Source: Clostridiales bacterium (GTDB taxonomy: Bacteria; Bacillota; Clostridia; Oscillospirales; CAG-272). Taken from it: a stretch of 64,000 nt of DNA. Shown piece by piece: positions 1-9,511 of this stretch. Location: the NCBI GenBank assembly GCA_022800625.1, contig JAAWQR010000005.1, positions 19,333 through 83,332 of the forward strand, written 5' to 3'. A program made the position numbers and the translations under genes. Every line of letters begins with the position of its first letter. Position 1 is the stretch's first letter. Under the pieces are notes generated by a model. The model searched no databases, was not told the DNA's origin, and saw only the letters and a program-made list of their open reading frames with translations.

Positions 1-781
1 TTATAATGCCGTAACGCGCGTTTGCTCACGCAAGACTGAAATGCCTATCATCAGCGCCGATGTCAGCGATAACGGCAGCTATGCTGTGACATATGAATCT
101 AAAGAAGCAAAATATGTTACGGAAATATATAATTCGGCGCTTGTAAAAAACATGAGCATATATAAGGACAAATATGTGGTCGATACGGCGTTGAGCGGGA
201 GCGGAAGCTGTGCTGCGATAGCGGCCGTCGGCGAGAGCGGAGATGATATTTCCTGCGAGGTAACTTTTTGTGAGACGGGTAAAGAAGAGCCGATCGGCAG
301 CTTTTCATACATCGGAGCAATTCCGCTGAGGATTGAAAGTAACGATGACGGATTCGTGCTTTTATGTGACGATGCCGTGAGGTTTTATGATAACTCGGGA
401 AAGGCTGTGTCTGAGCATAACATAAAAGGAGAAAAATCGGCGTTTTTTGATGCTTCGGGGAAAAGCTGCGTTCTCGTTTGCCGAGAAAACAGCGTCGGAC
501 TGAAAAATACGGTTTATTCGTTTGACAATAAGGGAAATATATTATATAATAGCCTTATTGAAATGAAGATCACGGGCGCGGCTGCCGCTTGCAGCACTGA
601 GGGTGCGTATGTCGGATTTTTGTCATCGGACGGCGGCGTTACGGCTCTGAAGTCTGACGGTGAGAGCGAATATGAGAGTATCAGCGGAGAAATACTCGCC
701 GTAACAGATATGGATTCAGGTGCGCTTGTATGCACTCCGACGGCGGCGTACCGTGTATTTGACGGTAAGGCTGAAAAGTAA
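1..781 (+). CDS. Hypothetical beta-rich repeat protein, 5'-truncated by window edge (possibly DUF5711-like)
   Basis: The frame of ORF 41..781 has no stop back to nt 2, so the true start lies upstream of the window. No catalytic motif recognised. The family guess rests on composition only. Confidence 0.4.
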   Translation, partial: YNAVTRVCSRKTEMPIISADVSDNGSYAVTYESKEAKYVTEIYNSALVKNMSIYKDKYVVDTALSGSGSCAAIAAVGESGDDISCEVTFCETGKEEPIGSFSYIGAIPLRIESNDDGFVLLCDDAVRFYDNSGKAVSEHNIKGEKSAFFDASGKSCVLVCRENSVGLKNTVYSFDNKGNILYNSLIEMKITGAAAACSTEGAYVGFLSSDGGVTALKSDGESEYESISGEILAVTDMDSGALVCTPTAAYRVFDGKAEK

Positions 782-872
782 ACTTTAGATCGCCGATTTG
801 ATACGGCACAAAATTTTCTTTCGTATACTAACGGGAAAAACAAAAATTCTAAAGAAAGATGTGGTCAAAATT

Positions 873-1604
873 ATGATTAGCTTAGTACTTGACGCCGTGA
901 TTATAATTATTTGTGCTTTTATTATAATAAGGGCGCTGAAAAACGGACTTATAAAGTCCGCGATGGGAATGATTAAAGGCATTTTGTCATTTATCGCGGC
1001 ATATGCTTTTACACCTGTGCTCGGAGATATAATTTATAAAAATTTTGCTCTTGAGAAAATATCGGAAGGTATACGCAAAACAATAGAATCGCTGTCCGCT
1101 ACGGAATCAGGCACGTTTAATCTTGCCAAAATGGTGGAGGATATGCCAAGTGCGCTTAAACAGATCATCGACAGATACGGCGCGTCGCAGGGAGAGCTTG
1201 AAAAAATGTGCGGCGGAATCACCGACGGCGGCGAAAAGGTTGTCTCGGACGTTGCGGATTATATTGCTCAGCCGGTTGCGGATATGATATCAAGCGCTGT
1301 AGCTTTTATAATAATTTTTATCGGTGTATTTATTGCTCTGACGCTTATTGCGATAGTCCTCGACGCTGTGTTTCACCTTCCTCTGCTGAACAGCGCAAAC
1401 AAATTGCTCGGCTTAGTATTCGGTGTAGCCGAAGCGCTTATTGTAGCCGTATTTTTGAGCAGTGCTCTCGCAGCCTTGTTTACGGCGCTTGGATCTGTAG
1501 ACTCATCTTTGTTTGGTGAACAGGTGGCTGAAAACTCATATGTTGTAAAATTCTTTTCGTCCGTTGATTTGTTCGGACTTATTGAAAATGTATTTAAAAC
1601 CTGA
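873..1604 (+). CDS. CvpA family membrane protein
   Basis: ORF 798..1604. I prefer the ATG at 873 (MISLVLDAVIIIICAFIIIRALKNGLIKS), a typical CvpA N-terminal TM helix. Further TM segments lie near the C-terminus. Confidence 0.65.
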   Translation: MISLVLDAVIIIICAFIIIRALKNGLIKSAMGMIKGILSFIAAYAFTPVLGDIIYKNFALEKISEGIRKTIESLSATESGTFNLAKMVEDMPSALKQIIDRYGASQGELEKMCGGITDGGEKVVSDVADYIAQPVADMISSAVAFIIIFIGVFIALTLIAIVLDAVFHLPLLNSANKLLGLVFGVAEALIVAVFLSSALAALFTALGSVDSSLFGEQVAENSYVVKFFSSVDLFGLIENVFKT

Positions 1605-1789
1605 CGTAAAAATCTAAGATAAGCCGAGAGGTACTTCGCAGTTTTCAGACAGGGTGTTTTCGCAGTGGGGTCAAAAAACACAGGCAAAAACTTTTATGTA
1701 TTGCTGAGTTTTGTGAGAGGTACTGCGGGAACAAAATCTTTGAAAATCGTTAGAGTTTTGTCACCTCAGCTGAAAGCTTAAACGCCGCT

Positions 1790-4147
1790 GTGCGGCTGAC
1801 AATGAAAGGGAATTGTATTCAGATGGTAATGTGCTCCAGATGCCATAAAAGAATGGCTGTAGTTTTTTTAACTAAAATAGAAGGCGGAGAATCGACGCAG
1901 GAGGGACTTTGCATAAAATGTGCAAAAGAGCTGGGAATCAAGCCTATAAACGATATACTTGAACAGACGGGACTTGATGAAGACGCAATAGATAAGCTCG
2001 GCTCTGAAATGGAGGAATTTTTAGAAAGCGCCGAGGAAGATCCCGAAATAGCCTCTCTCATTGAGGGAGAGGCGGCGGGAGAGGACAGCCGCGCTCCTAT
2101 CCTTGATTTTAAAAAGCTCTTAAACGAAGGACTTTTTCAGAAAGGCAATCCGAATTTGCCTGATAATAAAAAAGGTTCAAAGTCCGGGAGAGCCAAAAAG
2201 GATGAGATGAAAAAGAAAAAAGAAAGCAAGTACCTTAAAACATATACGCAAAATCTTACAGAGCGTGCAAAAAACGGCGAAATCGATGCAGTTATAGGGC
2301 GTGACCGCGAGCTTGAACGTGTTATACAGATTCTTTGCAGGCGTCAAAAGAACAATCCGTGCCTTATCGGTGAGCCGGGTGTCGGAAAAACGGCGATTGC
2401 AGAAGCTTTAGCTTCGCGCATAGCTTCGGGAAATGTCCCGTATAAGCTGCGCGGATGCGATATATGTCTTGTTGATCTTACGGCTTTGGTCGCGGGAACG
2501 CAGTTCAGAGGGCAGTTTGAGTCCCGTGTGCTCGGTCTTTTGAATGAAGTCCGTGAGCGCGGAAATGTGATCCTTGTAATCGACGAAGTACACAACATCG
2601 TGGGAGCAGGAGACGCGGAGGGCAGCATGAACGCCGCAAATATCCTGAAGCCTGCGCTGTCACGCGGCGAGATTCAGGTGATAGGCGCGACAACACTGAC
2701 GGAATACAGAAAGTATATTGAAAAAGATTCTGCTCTTGAAAGAAGATTCCAGCCTGTGACAGTCAACGAGCCGTCAGTTGCAGATACGGTTGATATACTT
2801 CGAGGAATTAAAGGATATTATGAAAACTACCACGGTGTTAAAATCCCCTCTTCAGTGGCAGAAAGTGCGGCAAGGCTAAGCGAGAGATACATCACCGACA
2901 GATATTTACCCGACAAGGCAATAGACCTGATTGACGAAGCGGCATCGCACGTGTCGGTCCACTCGCCGTGTATTAACGAGCGCCATGAGCTTGCCGACAG
3001 GCTGAAAGAGATATGCACTGAGCGCGAAGCACTTGAAAGCGAAACGGCGGAAGAAGAAAATTCAGAGGAAAGATACCACAAAATAGCGGAGCTTCGCTCG
3101 GAGGAGCTGAGGGCGGAAAACAGACTTCATGAACTTGACGCAGAGTGCGGAAATGTTGTTCTGTCGGAATCCGATCTTGCCGATGTCATTGAGATCTGGA
3201 CGGGTATTCCCGCTTCAAGTATATCCGAAGACGATTACAGAAAACTTGAAACTCTCGAAGAGCGAATATCAAAGCGGATTGTCGGTCAGAATGAAGCCGT
3301 GTCGGCTGTAGCGAGAGCTGTAAGACGCGGCAGAGCAGGGATCTCATATAAGAGAAAACCCGTGTCATTCATATTTGCGGGACCTACGGGAGTCGGAAAA
3401 ACCGAGCTTGTGAAAGTACTTTCCGAGGATCTGTTTTCATCTCCCGAAACGCTGATAAGACTTGACATGAGCGAATTTATGGATAAATTTTCTGTTTCAA
3501 GGATTATCGGAGCGCCTCCGGGATATGTCGGATACGACGACGCAGGTCAGCTTACCGAAAAGATCAGAAGAAAGCCATACTCTGTAGTACTTTTTGACGA
3601 GATAGAAAAAGCGCATCCCGATGTTATGAATATCCTGCTTCAGATACTTGATGACGGACGGATAACCGATGCTCACGGGAAAAAGGTAAGCTTTGAAAAT
3701 ACGGTTATAGTAATGACGACAAATGCGGGAAGCGGAAGTTCGGCGTCTCCCGTCGGTTTTGCAAAAACCGCAGATGAAGCGGCAAAAGACCGCACTATGA
3801 AGGCTCTTTCTGAATTCCTCAGACCGGAATTTATCAACAGAGTTGACGAGATAATTACATTTAAAGCGCTTACCCGCGACGATTTTGTTTCAATCGCAGA
3901 AATAATGACAGGCGAGCTTGCAGCTATTCTTTCCGAAAAGGGAATAAAGCTGAATGTCGGTGATGAAGTCAACAGACATATAGCTGAGAAGTCTTATTCG
4001 GAAAAGTACGGCGCAAGAAATATGAGAAGATTTATACAGACTGAGCTTGAAGATAAGATCGCAGAGGCAATTATATCGGCAAGGGGAACGCTCGGCGCAA
4101 TATCGGTTGATATGAAAGACGGGGAACTTGTCATAAATTCCATATAA
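1790..4147 (+). CDS. Clp/Hsp100 AAA+ ATPase, ClpE/ClpC-like, with N-terminal zinc ribbon
   Basis: Two AAA+ modules: Walker A GEPGVGKT and GPTGVGKT, Walker B ILVIDEVH and VVLFDEIEKAH. It has a short coiled-coil linker and a VGF ClpP-docking tripeptide. The N-terminus carries CSRC...CIKC instead of Clp_N repeats. The start is ambiguous (1790/1802/1823/1829). Confidence 0.85.
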   Translation: MRLTMKGNCIQMVMCSRCHKRMAVVFLTKIEGGESTQEGLCIKCAKELGIKPINDILEQTGLDEDAIDKLGSEMEEFLESAEEDPEIASLIEGEAAGEDSRAPILDFKKLLNEGLFQKGNPNLPDNKKGSKSGRAKKDEMKKKKESKYLKTYTQNLTERAKNGEIDAVIGRDRELERVIQILCRRQKNNPCLIGEPGVGKTAIAEALASRIASGNVPYKLRGCDICLVDLTALVAGTQFRGQFESRVLGLLNEVRERGNVILVIDEVHNIVGAGDAEGSMNAANILKPALSRGEIQVIGATTLTEYRKYIEKDSALERRFQPVTVNEPSVADTVDILRGIKGYYENYHGVKIPSSVAESAARLSERYITDRYLPDKAIDLIDEAASHVSVHSPCINERHELADRLKEICTEREALESETAEEENSEERYHKIAELRSEELRAENRLHELDAECGNVVLSESDLADVIEIWTGIPASSISEDDYRKLETLEERISKRIVGQNEAVSAVARAVRRGRAGISYKRKPVSFIFAGPTGVGKTELVKVLSEDLFSSPETLIRLDMSEFMDKFSVSRIIGAPPGYVGYDDAGQLTEKIRRKPYSVVLFDEIEKAHPDVMNILLQILDDGRITDAHGKKVSFENTVIVMTTNAGSGSSASPVGFAKTADEAAKDRTMKALSEFLRPEFINRVDEIITFKALTRDDFVSIAEIMTGELAAILSEKGIKLNVGDEVNRHIAEKSYSEKYGARNMRRFIQTELEDKIAEAIISARGTLGAISVDMKDGELVINSI

Positions 4148-4300
4148 ATTACACGTGTCAGACAATTGAAAGCTTACAGTCTTAATATTTTTGCGGAAAA
4201 CCGAAAAGGCTTTAATCAGCGGCGGAAAAATCCTGATTCGGAGCTTTACGGTTTTTTGCATATGTGCTTTGCACAAAAAATATTTTAACGGAGGAAGGTC

Positions 4301-7051
4301 ATGGCAAACCGAAGCAATGAGTGGCATCTGAGGGATGCGGAGACGGTAGCAGCAATTTTAGACAGCGATATTTATAACGGACTGCCGCCCAAAAAGATAC
4401 CGTCTCGCAGGCGGCGCGACGGGAAAAACCGTGTATGGCATGTGAAACATGCGACGGCTGCCGAATATCTTGTGAGCTGCGCCGGAGATCTTACCTCCGC
4501 CGTGCTTATTATAGCTGTTCTGACGGCGGCAGTTTTTGAAAAAACTATTCCGGCATTTTCCGTTTGCGCTATATTGGCGATAGGTATTATATTACGAATT
4601 CTTACATATGCTCTTTCAAGGCGTACCCTTGAGGGAATGGCAGAGGAGGGAATTCCCAGCGCGACTGTTCTCAGAGGCTCGGTTACACATGTAATAAGGG
4701 CTGACGAAATAGTAGTCGGCGATATAATTCTGCTTGAAGCCGGAGACATCGTTCCGTGCGACGGCAGGCTTGTCATAGGCGGAGAAGTGCGAGTAAGCGA
4801 GCGCGGAATTACAGAAAACCGCAGTACCGTTGTCAAGAGCAATACTGTCCTTGTTACGGAAAGCTCGGGGACTGAAGTGCCTTGCGAATACCGTGTTAAT
4901 ATGCTGTATGCGGGATCGGTTATTTTGTCCGGCAAGTGCAGAATGATCGCGACATCGTGCGGAGAAGGTACTCTTGTTTCAATGAGACACGGCGGTCTTT
5001 CAGTACCATCCGGAGAAAAAATTGCAGTGATCGATTCACTTCGGGATAAGTGCAGAGTCATGACGCTTGTTATGCTTGCGTCAGTTTTAATAATCAGCGC
5101 AGTTGCTGCCGCTTTCGGATACATATTCAGACGGGAGGTCGGCTTCGCCGCCGCTTTTATAAATGCGATGGCTCTTGCAGCCTCCTCCGCCGGGGCATAC
5201 CTTTTATCAGGCGTATATGCTTCCCTTGCCGTTTCCCTCAGACGTGCCGCGCGTAAAGGAAACATCCTCGGCAAGGCTGTTGTTAAGGATGCTTCGGATG
5301 TCGAGAAAGTCGCGCGTGTCAGGCGCATGATAGTATCGGGTACAGATGTGTTTAAGTCTGGAAGAGCATCATACACATCATTTTTTGAAAACGGAGAATT
5401 GAAAGAAGTACAAAAAGGCGATAAAGAGGCGGAACGAATTCTGAGACTTGTAAATTCCACGGTAAGCTTTTCGTACTCTTCATCTCTTTCGTCGGGAGAG
5501 GAAAAGCTTCCGTCAGGAAGATCATGCCTTGTCGCGAAACTTGCTGACATGGCTAAAACTCTTGATATCGACGGCGCTCCGAGGTTTACAGGCGGAGAGG
5601 TGATCGTTGATCATAAGGTGACCGATACACTGAACGGTGATTGCGACAATATAATACTTCGCCGCGGAAATTCATATGAAGCATATACAAGCGGCAGGAT
5701 CGAGGATATACTTTCTTTTTCTTCATGTTATTCAATGAACGGAAAAGAAGAGCCGCTCACGCAGGAGATGAGGGCTGAGATTCTTGCAGCTGTTCTTGAG
5801 ATAGAGAAGAGCGGAGGAGAAGTCATAGCAGCGGCACACAGGGATTCTCCGTATACGACTCTCAGGCGCGTATCGGTTCTTCAGAGCGATATGTGTTTTG
5901 ACGGATTTATCGTTTCCGAAGAGGAAACAGCAGCCTGTACCGGCGAATCGATAAATTATATGAAGGAAACAGCTACATCCGTGATACTGCTGTCTTCGCG
6001 TGCGCAAAATGATAAATATTATCTTGAAAAAGCCGGGATTGTTGAAAGCGAAACCCCTATTTTGTCATGCAGTGATGTGATAAGATCGAGTGAACTTCCG
6101 AGCGGCAGCTTTATCGTATCGGTTCCTGAATCGGGAGAAAATGGTAGACTGAACGGAAACCGTAATATGCGCCTTGCGGTTGTTAAGAAAATTACGGAAG
6201 TTTTTGATAACTGTGCAGTTATGTCAAGCGAACCTACTGATGCCGGAATGATGACGGACGGAAATGTAGGCGCGGCGCTCAGCCGTGCAGGTGAGCTTCC
6301 GATCCCTCAGACATTGAAAAGACGTTCTGTGCTGTCAGTATATCCGCGTGATAAAAAGAATACATGCGGCGGCTTTAATGAGCTTATTCAGGCTGTGTAT
6401 GCGTCAGGACTTGCCCTGTTTAACATACAAAGGTCTGTTCTTTATGTGATTTGCTCTCAGTGCGCAAAGATCGTATGCACTGTGCTGTCGGCTCTTTTCG
6501 GTATAAATGCCGTGAATGCCGCCGAAATTTTACTTCTCGGTACTGTGTTTGATTTTTCTGCATTGATTGTGATGGCATTTTCTTCCGCAAAACCGTCGGA
6601 GCTTGGAAAAAATTCGTCGTTTCCTGTTTTTCCGATTAAGAAAAGTTTGATACAAAATGCTTTATACGGTGCACTCTGCGGAGCGATCTGCTTCTCATTT
6701 ACGGCGATATCATCAAGTTTGGTTCCGCAAGGCGTAACTGACGGAGAAAATATATCGGCTTTGTGCATCGCTCTCATTTTAACGCAGCTTGTGATTTTGA
6801 GCGAGCAGCTGTCGGAAGGCTCTTTCCTCGGCAGATCTGTCGTGATAAACAGAGCATATATTATTTATTCCGTGATGACGCTTGTTTTGGCTGTTGCTCT
6901 TATGTTTTCCGTAGGTGTATGCTCGTTTCTCGGAGCTTCGCGCCCGACATGGCAAACAGCTGCCGCCGCTGTTGTATGTGCTCCGCTGATTCTTGCTTCG
7001 TCAGAGATATATAAGCGTATAAATGCCCCGAAAAGCAAAAGCGAAAAATAA
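4301..7051 (+). CDS. P-type (E1-E2) ATPase homolog with degenerate catalytic motifs (probable pseudo-ATPase)
   Basis: It has a Ca-ATPase-like N-terminus (WHL..ETVAAILDSD...GL), an A-domain-like VVGDIILLEAGDIVPCDGRL and about 10 TM segments. DKTGT is replaced by SGTDVFKS, TGES by TENRS, PEGLP by SSAGAY, and GDGxND by TDGNVGA. Confidence 0.7.
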   Translation: MANRSNEWHLRDAETVAAILDSDIYNGLPPKKIPSRRRRDGKNRVWHVKHATAAEYLVSCAGDLTSAVLIIAVLTAAVFEKTIPAFSVCAILAIGIILRILTYALSRRTLEGMAEEGIPSATVLRGSVTHVIRADEIVVGDIILLEAGDIVPCDGRLVIGGEVRVSERGITENRSTVVKSNTVLVTESSGTEVPCEYRVNMLYAGSVILSGKCRMIATSCGEGTLVSMRHGGLSVPSGEKIAVIDSLRDKCRVMTLVMLASVLIISAVAAAFGYIFRREVGFAAAFINAMALAASSAGAYLLSGVYASLAVSLRRAARKGNILGKAVVKDASDVEKVARVRRMIVSGTDVFKSGRASYTSFFENGELKEVQKGDKEAERILRLVNSTVSFSYSSSLSSGEEKLPSGRSCLVAKLADMAKTLDIDGAPRFTGGEVIVDHKVTDTLNGDCDNIILRRGNSYEAYTSGRIEDILSFSSCYSMNGKEEPLTQEMRAEILAAVLEIEKSGGEVIAAAHRDSPYTTLRRVSVLQSDMCFDGFIVSEEETAACTGESINYMKETATSVILLSSRAQNDKYYLEKAGIVESETPILSCSDVIRSSELPSGSFIVSVPESGENGRLNGNRNMRLAVVKKITEVFDNCAVMSSEPTDAGMMTDGNVGAALSRAGELPIPQTLKRRSVLSVYPRDKKNTCGGFNELIQAVYASGLALFNIQRSVLYVICSQCAKIVCTVLSALFGINAVNAAEILLLGTVFDFSALIVMAFSSAKPSELGKNSSFPVFPIKKSLIQNALYGALCGAICFSFTAISSSLVPQGVTDGENISALCIALILTQLVILSEQLSEGSFLGRSVVINRAYIIYSVMTLVLAVALMFSVGVCSFLGASRPTWQTAAAAVVCAPLILASSEIYKRINAPKSKSEK

Positions 7052-7236
7052 AATACGCACCTTAAAACAACAAAAATAAAAGTCCTTTGCATATAAAACA
7101 TAAATATGGTTTATTCGGAATAAAGTTTTATTGCAATAGGACTTGTTTTTTGTAGTATTTTGTACTATAATAATAGTTGCGAAATTGTATCAATTTATCG
7201 CTGATATTTATTATTTTTTTGAAAGGATATACTTTA

Positions 7237-8079
7237 ATGGCTGAAAACAGCAATGAATGTACGCATGACTGCTCGTCGTGCAACGCCGATTGCTCATCCA
7301 GAAATGAAATAGTTCATGAAAAACTTCATCCGGCAAGCAGTGTAAAGCATGTTATCGGGGTTGTCAGCGGAAAAGGCGGCGTCGGTAAATCTATAGTTAC
7401 GTCTATGCTGGCAGTTGCGATGAGAAGAAGAGATTTCCGCACGGCTGTGCTTGATGCCGATGTTACGGGACCTTCCGTTCCGAAGGCGTTCGGTGCTCAC
7501 GGGAAAGTCGGCAGCACAGGGGACGGACTTATTCCGATCACTACCAAAACAGGAATAGATATTATGTCCGTCAATCTTCTTTTAGATGAGGAAACAAGTC
7601 CTGTCGTATGGCGCGGACCCGTTATTGCAGGCGCGGTAAAACAGTTTTGGACAGACGTAATATGGTCTGATGAGGACTATATGTTTATCGATATGCCTCC
7701 GGGAACAGGAGATGTTCCGCTGACTGTATTTCAGTCGATTCCTCTCGACGGAATAATTATTGTTACAACTCCGCAGGAGCTCGTTTCAATGATCGTTGAA
7801 AAAGCGATTAATATGGCTTCTCTCATGAATATTCCGGTCATCGGCATCATTGAAAATATGTCATATGTAAAGTGCCCCGATTGCGGACGCCGTATAGATG
7901 TATTCGGAAAAAGCGGAACCGAGGCTCTCTGTGCAGAGCGCGGAATAAAATTCCTTGGACAGATTCCGTTTGATCCTTCTCTCGCATCGCTTTGCGACCG
8001 AGGAATTATTGAACTTTATGAAAACGACTATGTTGACGCGGCGGCTGATGCTGTGGAGAGCTTTGTCTCTGAAAAATAA
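7237..8079 (+). CDS. Mrp/NBP35 family ATP-binding Fe-S cluster carrier
   Basis: Deviant Walker A GVVSGKGGVGKS and a CPDC motif near the C-terminus. N-terminal Cys-rich CTHDCSSCNADC. The ATG at 7237 follows GAAAGGA with 9-nt spacing. The ORF-track start at 7177 is unlikely. Confidence 0.85.
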   Translation: MAENSNECTHDCSSCNADCSSRNEIVHEKLHPASSVKHVIGVVSGKGGVGKSIVTSMLAVAMRRRDFRTAVLDADVTGPSVPKAFGAHGKVGSTGDGLIPITTKTGIDIMSVNLLLDEETSPVVWRGPVIAGAVKQFWTDVIWSDEDYMFIDMPPGTGDVPLTVFQSIPLDGIIIVTTPQELVSMIVEKAINMASLMNIPVIGIIENMSYVKCPDCGRRIDVFGKSGTEALCAERGIKFLGQIPFDPSLASLCDRGIIELYENDYVDAAADAVESFVSEK

Positions 8080-8162
8080 GCTTTTTAATTGAAGCTGTAA
8101 AAAACAGCGCACATAAGCGCTGTACATAACAATCCAAAAATTATTCAGGAGGAAATATTTAT

Positions 8163-8654
8163 ATGAAGAAACCCATGACGGCAGTTTCTTTCACGGAAAC
8201 AGAAGAGCAAAAAGCGCGTCTTGAGGCGATTATTGAGGCTCACAAGGATGAAAAAGGAGCTCTGATGCCGATACTTCAGGAGGCTCAGGAAATATACGGA
8301 TATCTCCCGAAGGAGGTTCAGAAGCGTATCGCTCTCGGACTTGATATACCCGTGTCGGAGGTGTTCGGCGTTGCGACTTTTTATTCGCAGTTCTTACTTA
8401 ACCCCAAGGGACAGCATCCTGTAAGCGTATGTCTCGGAACGGCATGTTATGTTAAAGGCTCGGGACTTCTTATGGAGAAGCTTGAAGAACTTCTCGGAGT
8501 TTCAAACGGCTCTATTACCGAGGACTTAAAATTCAGTCTTGACGCTACAAGATGTATCGGCGCGTGCGGACTTGCTCCTGTTATAACTATAGGCGAGGAC
8601 GTGTACGGACGTCTTGAACCCGATCAGCTTGAAGGCATTCTTGCAAAATATTGA
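8163..8654 (+). CDS. hydC: NuoE-like thioredoxin-fold [2Fe-2S] subunit of HydABC/Hnd-type hydrogenase (HydC/HndA)
   Basis: Cys pattern VCLGTACYVKG...RCIGACGLAPV is typical of NuoE/HydC. A strong AGGAGG lies upstream. First gene of the hydrogenase cluster. Confidence 0.85.
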   Translation: MKKPMTAVSFTETEEQKARLEAIIEAHKDEKGALMPILQEAQEIYGYLPKEVQKRIALGLDIPVSEVFGVATFYSQFLLNPKGQHPVSVCLGTACYVKGSGLLMEKLEELLGVSNGSITEDLKFSLDATRCIGACGLAPVITIGEDVYGRLEPDQLEGILAKY

Positions 8655-8710
8655 TTTGAGCGGGGAAGGGCGTTTTTTTGCCGCATATAGAACGAAAGGC
8701 TGCTTAAAAA

Positions 8711-9073
8711 ATGAAAATCAACCAAATAAAAGAATTGCTTGACGCAGAGCTTCTCTGCGGAGATGAATACCTTGAAAACGACGTATACTCAGCATGCTGC
8801 AGCGATATGATGAGCGATGTTCTCGCATATGTGAAGGATCAGGGCGTTCTGCTGACAGGACTTGTAAACGCACAGGTCATCAGGACTGCAAGCATGATGG
8901 ATATGGTTTGTATAGTGTTTGTCAGAAGCAAAGTTCCGAGCGACGAAATGATCGAGCTTGCACACGAGTGCGGCATAGTCCTTATGAAAACATCGCGCCG
9001 TGCGTATGAAGCGTGCGGAGAGCTTTATTCTGCCGGACTCAGATCATCCTCGGAGGGATCGCGAAATGTCTGA
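8711..9073 (+). CDS. DRTGG domain protein (stand-alone)
   Basis: 120 aa. Typical DRTGG-type pattern ...LLCGDE...CCSDMMSDVLAY...LLTGL.NAQVIRTA. The stop overlaps the next gene's start by 8 nt. Confidence 0.6.
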   Translation: MKINQIKELLDAELLCGDEYLENDVYSACCSDMMSDVLAYVKDQGVLLTGLVNAQVIRTASMMDMVCIVFVRSKVPSDEMIELAHECGIVLMKTSRRAYEACGELYSAGLRSSSEGSRNV

Positions 9074-9491
9074 CAAGCTTACATTCCATTTTGAGGTTGA
9101 CGGTGAGAATTTTTCATCGGCCGGAGAAGCGTCGGTTATAATGAAAAAGAAGCTGAGACAGCTCGGTTTTTCACCTGATATTATCAGAAGAGTGTCGATC
9201 GCTATGTATGAAGGCGAGATCAATATGGTGATACATGCCGACGGCGGAGCGGCTGACGTGACCGTTACCGATGATGAAATAATTATCGTTCTTGCGGATC
9301 ACGGACCGGGGATACCCGATGTTTCTCTTGCGATGCAGGAGGGATATTCAACAGCGCGCGATAATATAAGGGCGCTTGGCTTCGGTGCGGGTATGGGTTT
9401 GCCGAACATGAAAAAATATACGGACAGCATGGAAATTGAGACTGAGCTCGGTGTCGGAACGACGATAACAATGAAGGTCAGTCTGAATTAA
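9066..9491 (+). CDS. Stand-alone GHKL (HATPase_c) protein, RsbW/SpoIIAB-like serine-kinase size class
   Basis: I prefer the ATG at 9066 (MSDKLTFHFEV) after GGAGGGA. GHKL boxes EGEINMVIHA, DHGPGI and GFGAGMGL are present. No DHp or receiver domain. Confidence 0.7.
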   Translation: MSDKLTFHFEVDGENFSSAGEASVIMKKKLRQLGFSPDIIRRVSIAMYEGEINMVIHADGGAADVTVTDDEIIIVLADHGPGIPDVSLAMQEGYSTARDNIRALGFGAGMGLPNMKKYTDSMEIETELGVGTTITMKVSLN

Positions 9492-9511
9492 GCCGTGCCG
9501 CGAGGTGGGTC

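Noticed and set aside
1669-1688. CtsR operator upstream of the ClpE-like gene (GGTCAAAAAACACAGGCAAA)
   Set aside because: One heptad (GGTCAAA) matches. The second is AGGCAAA, and the spacing is 6 nt rather than the 3 nt of the GGTCAAA-NAN-GGTCAAA consensus. This is too weak to call.
4372-5550. 392-aa minus-strand ORF antisense to the P-type ATPase homolog
   Set aside because: It lies entirely within a longer plus-strand ORF that has recognisable domain architecture. Its translation is low-complexity (S/T/A/R/P-rich) with no motif. This is a typical shadow ORF.
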